Positions 19,139 through 24,000 of a stretch of 24,000 bases of DNA are shown one piece after another. A model generated the notes under the pieces. It searched no databases. It was not told the origin of the DNA and was given only the letters and a program-made list of their open reading frames with translations. Position numbers and translations under genes: made by a program. The stretch is from Flavobacteriales bacterium (lineage in GTDB: Bacteria > Bacteroidota > Bacteroidia > UBA10329), in assembly GCA_020635495.1 (NCBI GenBank), contig JACJZQ010000002.1:187503-211502 (forward strand). Reading direction: 5' to 3'. Each line of letters begins with the position of its first letter. Within the stretch, counting starts at the first letter, position 1.

Positions 19139-22100
19139 ATGAGCAACGAACAACAAGAGAAAAAAGGAGTGCTGAAAGAGTTTGGGCTGTCTACGCTCTC
19201 GCTCAAAAACAGCACCAGCGTGCTTATCCTCACATTCCTAATCGTTTGTGGTGGTATTCTGGCCTACTCCACCATGCCGAAGGAACTTTTCCCAGAGGTG
19301 GTGATGCCGCAGATCTACGTGCGCACGGTCTATCCTGGTAACTCGCCTGTGGATATTGAGAATCTGATCACGCGTCAGATCGAGAAGGAGATAAAGCCAT
19401 TGAAGGGTATCAACGAGATGACCTCCACTTCGGTGCAGGACAACTCCATCATCATTGTAGAATTCAACACGGATGTGCCTGTTGAAGAGGCGCTTTCGGA
19501 TGTGAAGGATGCGGTTGACAAGGCCAAAAGCGACCTGCCTTCCGACCTCGATATGGATCCGATGGTCATGGATGTGAACATGAGCGAAATGCCCGTGATG
19601 AACATCAATCTATCGGGAGATTACAGCGTTGACGACCTGAAGGAATATGCCGAGATGCTTCAGGATAAAATGGAGCTTATCCCAGAAGTTTCTTCTGTTG
19701 ACCTGCGCGGTGCGCTGGAGCGCGAGATCAACATAAATGTTGACGTGAACCAGATGGAAGCCGTTGAGGTGAGCTTCAACGATATTGAAAGCGCCATCGG
19801 CTACGAGAACATGAGCATTTCGGGCGGTGATATCCTGATGGATAAGACCCGAAGAACCATCCGTGTTTCGGGCGAATACACCAACATGGATCAGATTGCC
19901 AACACCATTGTTAAGGCTGAATTCGGTAACATCATTTACCTGCGCGATATTGCTACGGTTGAGGATGGCTATAAGGAGCGTGAAAGCTATGCTCGCTTGG
20001 ACGGCAACCCAGTTGTATCGTTGGATATCGTAAAGAAATCGGGAGAGAACCTGCTGAACGCAACCGATCAGGTGTTTGAAATTCTGGATGAGGCGCAGGA
20101 AAACCGTTTCCCTTCGGACCTTAAGGTCACCATTACCAACGATCAAAGTAACCAGGTTCGGGGGCAGCTTTTGAACTTGGAAAACAGCATCTACTCTGGT
20201 GTAATCCTGGTTGTATTGGTACTTCTTTTCTTCCTCGGATTGCGTAACGCCATGTTTGTTGGTATTGCCATTCCACTTTCCATGCTGCTCAGTTTCATGA
20301 TTCTTGGTTCCATGGGTATTACTATCAACATGATGGTGCTTTTTGCACTCATTCTGGCCTTGGGAATGCTGGTGGATAACGGTATTGTTACCATCGAGAA
20401 CATCTACCGTTTGTACTCCAGTGGAATGTCAAAGCGCGATGCAGCGCGCTACGGTGTGGGCGAAATTGCCGTTCCGATCATCTCATCTACCGCTACAACG
20501 TTGGCAGCCTTCGCTCCTCTCCTATTTTGGGATAGCATCATGGGCGAATTCATGAAGTTCCTTCCGATCACTTTGATCGTTGTTCTTGGTTCCTCGCTTT
20601 TCGTTGGGTTGGTGGTCAATCCAGTATTCGCAGCACTTTACATGCAACGAGAAGTGAAAAAGGGAGTCAACTGGAAATCGCTGATCATCGTGGTTGCAGC
20701 AGAGATTATTATCAGCGTCCTGTTCTACATCGGAGATATGTTCAGCATGGGAACAATTTTCGCCACGCTGGCAATTCTCACCGTTATTAATGCCATTGTT
20801 TTACGTCCGGTTTCGTCATGGTTCCAAGACGTTTTCTTGGTGTGGTTGGAAGAAATGTATTTGAAAACGCTTCGTGCATCACTCACTTCATGGAGACCAT
20901 TTGCGGTTTTCATCAGTACGGTAATTCTCTTTTTTGGTGCAATTGCCATTGTTGGAGTTGTAGGTCCTGATGTGGAATTCTTCCCCGCCAACGACCCAAA
21001 GTATGTGAACATCTTCATTGAAGCCGCTTCGGGAACTGACATTGAAAAGACCAACGAAACTATCCTTGGAATTGAAGAAGAAGTCCAAGAGATCATTGAT
21101 CCTTACAGAGTTTGTGTGAACTCGGTTGTAACCAACATTGGTGCTGGTTCAAACGATCCAATGGATGGTCCTCCAGCAGGAGAAACCCCTAACAAGGCCA
21201 AGATCACCATCGCTTTCAAAGAATTTGAACAACGCGAAGGAGTCTCCTCTTCCGATGTGATGAAAGCGCTGAGTGAAAAGCTTACCAAGCGCCCCGGAAT
21301 CATCATGAACGTGCAGAAGAACCGCGAAGGACCTCCTGCTGGTAAACCGATCAATATTGAGGTAAGCGGTGAGGAATTCGAAACGCTGATAGCAACTGCT
21401 GAGAAATTGAAAGCAGAGATCGCATCGCGCAATATTCCGGGTGTTGAAGGATTGAAACTGGACCTTGAAACTGGAAAGCCTGAGATTTTGGTGAATGTTG
21501 ATAGAGCCCGTGCCAGAATGTTCGGTCTCAGTACTGCACAGATCGGTAGTACGTTGAGAACTGCCCTATTTGGTAAAGAGATCAGCAAGTTCAAGGATGG
21601 TGAAGATGATTACCCGATCATGCTCAAATTGAAGGATGATTACCGTTACGATGTAAGCTCATTGCTTAACCAGCGCATCACCTTCCGCGATATGACCACG
21701 GGTAAGATCAAGCAGGTTCCTATCTCCGCTGTTGCGGATATTTCCTTCACTAGTTCTTATGGTGCAGTAAAGCGTAGAGATCAGGATAGAACCATCACCA
21801 TTTGGAGTAACGTTATTGAGGGCTACAACGCCACCAACATCAATGCTCAGATCCAAGAGGAATTTGCCACCTACCCAATGCCTGATGGTTATTCCCTTCG
21901 TTTCACTGGAGAAAGCGAAGAACAGGAAAAAGCTGCGGCTTTCTTGAGCAAAGCATTCATGATCGCTATTGCGTTGATCGTATTGATTCTTGTATCGCAG
22001 TTCAACTCGGCTATCAAACCAGCCATTATTGTCGGTTCTGTAGCGTTCAGCACCATCGGTGTGTTCTTGGGCATCATCGCCTTTGGCGATACCATTTCGG

Positions 22101-22564
22101 TTATTATGACGGGTATTGGTATTGTTTCTCTTGCAGGTATTGTGGTAAACAACGCCATCGTGCTCATCGATTACATCGATCTGACACGCGCCAGAAAACG
22201 TGATGAATTAGGAATGCCTGAAGGAAGTGTATTGCCATTGAATGAAGCGGTTGAGTGCATCATTGAAGGTGGTAAGACGCGTCTACGGCCAGTTTTGCTT
22301 ACGGCCATTACCACAGTACTGGGTCTACTCCCGCTTGCCACGGGTATGAACATCAACTTCTACACCCTCTTCAGCGAGCTTGATCCACAGATCTATTTCG
22401 GAGGAGATAACGTTGCCTTTTGGGGTCCAATGGCATGGACAGTTGTTTACGGACTTTCCTTCGCAACTTTCCTCACATTGGTTGTTGTACCGGTAATGTA
22501 CTTGTTGGTTGAGCGTGTTGTGATAGCCTTCGCGAAGCCCGTAATTCCTGGACAAGAAGACTGA
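19139..22564 (+). CDS. RND efflux transporter permease, AcrB superfamily (pump 2, atypically long at 1141 aa)
   Basis: TM1 plus a large periplasmic loop, the TM4 motif LGMLVDNGIVTIENIY, the second-half motif AGIVVNNAIVLIDY and the conserved KTRLRPVLLTAITTVLG. It has extra hydrophobic segments between TM6 and TM7 (see findings). Confidence 0.95.
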   Translation: MSNEQQEKKGVLKEFGLSTLSLKNSTSVLILTFLIVCGGILAYSTMPKELFPEVVMPQIYVRTVYPGNSPVDIENLITRQIEKEIKPLKGINEMTSTSVQDNSIIIVEFNTDVPVEEALSDVKDAVDKAKSDLPSDLDMDPMVMDVNMSEMPVMNINLSGDYSVDDLKEYAEMLQDKMELIPEVSSVDLRGALEREININVDVNQMEAVEVSFNDIESAIGYENMSISGGDILMDKTRRTIRVSGEYTNMDQIANTIVKAEFGNIIYLRDIATVEDGYKERESYARLDGNPVVSLDIVKKSGENLLNATDQVFEILDEAQENRFPSDLKVTITNDQSNQVRGQLLNLENSIYSGVILVVLVLLFFLGLRNAMFVGIAIPLSMLLSFMILGSMGITINMMVLFALILALGMLVDNGIVTIENIYRLYSSGMSKRDAARYGVGEIAVPIISSTATTLAAFAPLLFWDSIMGEFMKFLPITLIVVLGSSLFVGLVVNPVFAALYMQREVKKGVNWKSLIIVVAAEIIISVLFYIGDMFSMGTIFATLAILTVINAIVLRPVSSWFQDVFLVWLEEMYLKTLRASLTSWRPFAVFISTVILFFGAIAIVGVVGPDVEFFPANDPKYVNIFIEAASGTDIEKTNETILGIEEEVQEIIDPYRVCVNSVVTNIGAGSNDPMDGPPAGETPNKAKITIAFKEFEQREGVSSSDVMKALSEKLTKRPGIIMNVQKNREGPPAGKPINIEVSGEEFETLIATAEKLKAEIASRNIPGVEGLKLDLETGKPEILVNVDRARARMFGLSTAQIGSTLRTALFGKEISKFKDGEDDYPIMLKLKDDYRYDVSSLLNQRITFRDMTTGKIKQVPISAVADISFTSSYGAVKRRDQDRTITIWSNVIEGYNATNINAQIQEEFATYPMPDGYSLRFTGESEEQEKAAAFLSKAFMIAIALIVLILVSQFNSAIKPAIIVGSVAFSTIGVFLGIIAFGDTISVIMTGIGIVSLAGIVVNNAIVLIDYIDLTRARKRDELGMPEGSVLPLNEAVECIIEGGKTRLRPVLLTAITTVLGLLPLATGMNINFYTLFSELDPQIYFGGDNVAFWGPMAWTVVYGLSFATFLTLVVVPVMYLLVERVVIAFAKPVIPGQED

Positions 22565-23010
22565 TGAGCCTGACGTACGAAAGCGACCAACAGAAATGGG
22601 CCATCATTAAAATGGCCATTGAGCAGCAGATGCCTGCCAATCGCATTTTTGGCTTTGAGATAATTGAACTTAGAGAAGGATTTGCAAAAATCCACGTGCC
22701 TTTCAAGGATGACTTCATTGGCGATTTCATTCAAGGACTCTGGCATGGTGGTATCGTAGCAAGCATTGCCGATTCGGCTGCGGGTATTGCTGCATCGACC
22801 GTGCTTACAGATGCGCGCGATAAACTCAACACCATCGACCTGCGAATTGATTACCTGAGCGGAGCCGTTAAGGAAGACCTGTATGCGGAAGCTGAATTGC
22901 TAAAGGTTGGCAAGCGCATCATCAAGGCAGATGTAAAGCTTTATCAGGAAAGCAAAGGAACAGTGGCTATTGCCCGTGGGGCGTTCAGCTTATTGAAGTT
23001 TGAGGAGTAA
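22564..23010 (+). CDS. PaaI/YigI-type hotdog-fold thioesterase
   Basis: 148 aa. The HGGIVASIADSAAGIAAS motif, followed by TIDLRIDYLSGA and GKRIIKADVKLY, fits the PaaI-type hotdog family. Its ATG overlaps the pump's TGA (TGATG). Confidence 0.8.
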   Translation: MSLTYESDQQKWAIIKMAIEQQMPANRIFGFEIIELREGFAKIHVPFKDDFIGDFIQGLWHGGIVASIADSAAGIAASTVLTDARDKLNTIDLRIDYLSGAVKEDLYAEAELLKVGKRIIKADVKLYQESKGTVAIARGAFSLLKFEE

Positions 23011-23012
23011 AC

Positions 23013-23561
23013 TTAGTGCCTACTATTCGCAATAGAGATCGGTTGTAGGATTTCCACGCAGCCGAAATCGGCAAAATCAGGTAGGGTTTCATTCAGTCCG
23101 AAGGCGCTCAGTTCAGGGTCGAAGTGTAGGTAAAGAAGTCCGTTTATTCCCATTCCCTGTTGCGATTCTTGAATGGACCCGAACATGGTTATCGGTTGCT
23201 TCACTTCATTGATGTTCAAATCTCCTTCAACTTCAAATGACCGTGCTCGTTCGCCTGTTTCCCATATTTTGTCCAGTCCAATAGTTCCTACATAAACTGC
23301 TTCGGGTAAAAATCCAGCTTGAAGTTTTCTATCCAATGAGTCGATTCCAGTTTTAAGTGTAGAAGGTTCCAACCGAATGACAATCTCGTTAGACTGCTCA
23401 TCAATTACGATTTTGAGTTTGTTGCTACCAATGCTAAGCAACGTGTCTTTGTAATATATGCTGATACCGATCTTGCCTGGCCGCACCTCATTCATTTGCA
23501 CCTCCTGAGCAGTTGCAAGTCCAACGAAAAGGGTGAATATGATAAACAATAACAATCTCAT
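23013..23561 (-). CDS. Secreted hypothetical protein, possibly YceI-like
   Basis: Signal peptide MRLLLFIIFTLFVGLATAQ. FEVEGDLNINEVKQPITMFGSI weakly resembles the YceI G-x-LT-x-x-GVTKPV strand region. The domain call is tentative; the coding call is stronger (clean ORF, 182 aa). Confidence 0.6.
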   Translation of the reverse strand: MRLLLFIIFTLFVGLATAQEVQMNEVRPGKIGISIYYKDTLLSIGSNKLKIVIDEQSNEIVIRLEPSTLKTGIDSLDRKLQAGFLPEAVYVGTIGLDKIWETGERARSFEVEGDLNINEVKQPITMFGSIQESQQGMGINGLLYLHFDPELSAFGLNETLPDFADFGCVEILQPISIANSRH

Positions 23562-23585
23562 GGCACTAAGTTACACCAGCACCAG

Positions 23586-23616
23586 AAACAAAAAAAGGGC
23601 GAAAATCATCGCCCTT
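23586..23616 (-). terminator. Rho-independent terminator after the GyrI-like gene
   Basis: On the minus strand: AAGGGCGA-tgattt-TCGCCCTT (8-bp stem, plus-strand coordinates 23595-23602 / 23609-23616), followed by TTTTTGTTTCT. Confidence 0.7.
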
Positions 23617-23639
23617 CCTTTATCTATTTACTTTCAGAT

Positions 23640-24000
23640 TTATTCCGAAACGATCGGATAAGTGATCTTTGTCAGCCATTTGCTGGTGTCCGGCTCTTCC
23701 TCTGGGTCGGTAATATATGTTTCGATGGCAAATCCCTCAAGGCTGATTCCGTTTGCATTGGCATAATCCTCAATGGCGTAATGAGCGGGGCCAACCGCAT
23801 CATAATCTCCGTAGTGATCAACGTTCAACGCAGCACCTGCTTTAACCACACGGTACTCGATCTCCTCGTTTCCTTCAACTTCCTTATCGATAGGAATGGC
23901 AGCCGCCATGTTGGTCAATGTGTCGGTCCAAGAGAAATACATTCCTGCTGGAGAACCTGCCATATTTGCTCCTTTAGACTCGGCATACGCCATGATCTTT
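23640..24000 (-). CDS. GyrI-like (SbmC / AraC-effector-binding type) small-molecule-binding domain protein. Partial; the N-terminus is probably beyond the window end.
   Basis: ...YAESKGANMAGSPAGMYFSWTD...YRVVKAGAALNVDHYGDYDAVGPAHYAIEDYANANGISLEGFAIETYITDPEEEPDTSKWLTKITYPIV fits the GyrI-like pattern (h.G.Y..l...y..l..w...ng.....p.E.Y..dp....p..w.teI..PV). The frame stays open to position 24000. Confidence 0.75.
   Translation of the reverse strand, partial: KIMAYAESKGANMAGSPAGMYFSWTDTLTNMAAAIPIDKEVEGNEEIEYRVVKAGAALNVDHYGDYDAVGPAHYAIEDYANANGISLEGFAIETYITDPEEEPDTSKWLTKITYPIVSE

Overview
This window reads as a tightly packed chromosomal segment. By inference it comes from a Bacteroidota (Flavobacteriia/Cytophagia-like) genome. 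The grounds are that genes lack Shine-Dalgarno sequences, TAnnTTTG-type -7 boxes are present, rpoN is present, and the TolC/adaptor/RND operons carry lipoprotein adaptors. I call 20 protein genes and see no tRNA, rRNA, CRISPR array, transposase, integrase or phage gene.

Gene content:
- Efflux operon 1 (minus strand, 6787 to 1): marR, adaptor, RND pump, tolC, with a class V aminotransferase only 9 nt downstream.
- Efflux operon 2 (plus strand, 15930 to 23010): tetR, tolC, adaptor, a 1141-aa RND pump, and a translationally coupled PaaI-type thioesterase.
- Housekeeping and accessory genes between the operons: tspO, a CBS-pair protein, fadH, an alpha/beta hydrolase, a CvfB/YitL-like S1 protein, rpoN, a TfoX_N-like protein and asnS.
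- Right end: a secreted YceI-like candidate and a partial GyrI-like ligand-binding protein.

I do not see a convincing multi-gene novel system such as a defence island, toxin module or biosynthetic cluster. These observations are the most unusual:
1. A DUF559 (Vsr-like) endonuclease gene sits between the cvfB-like gene and rpoN. It is bracketed by inverted copies of a GC-rich palindromic unit, with extra copies beside it. This is a REP/RAYT-like layout built around a different nuclease fold.
2. A 7-nt-periodic imperfect-hairpin element occurs twice, upstream of tetR/asnS and between the adaptor and pump genes of operon 2.
3. The 1141-aa RND pump has two extra hydrophobic segments between TM6 and TM7 and non-canonical proton-relay residues.
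4. Several perfect palindromes are placed like operators.

All functional calls rest on motif recognition by eye. No database search was run.
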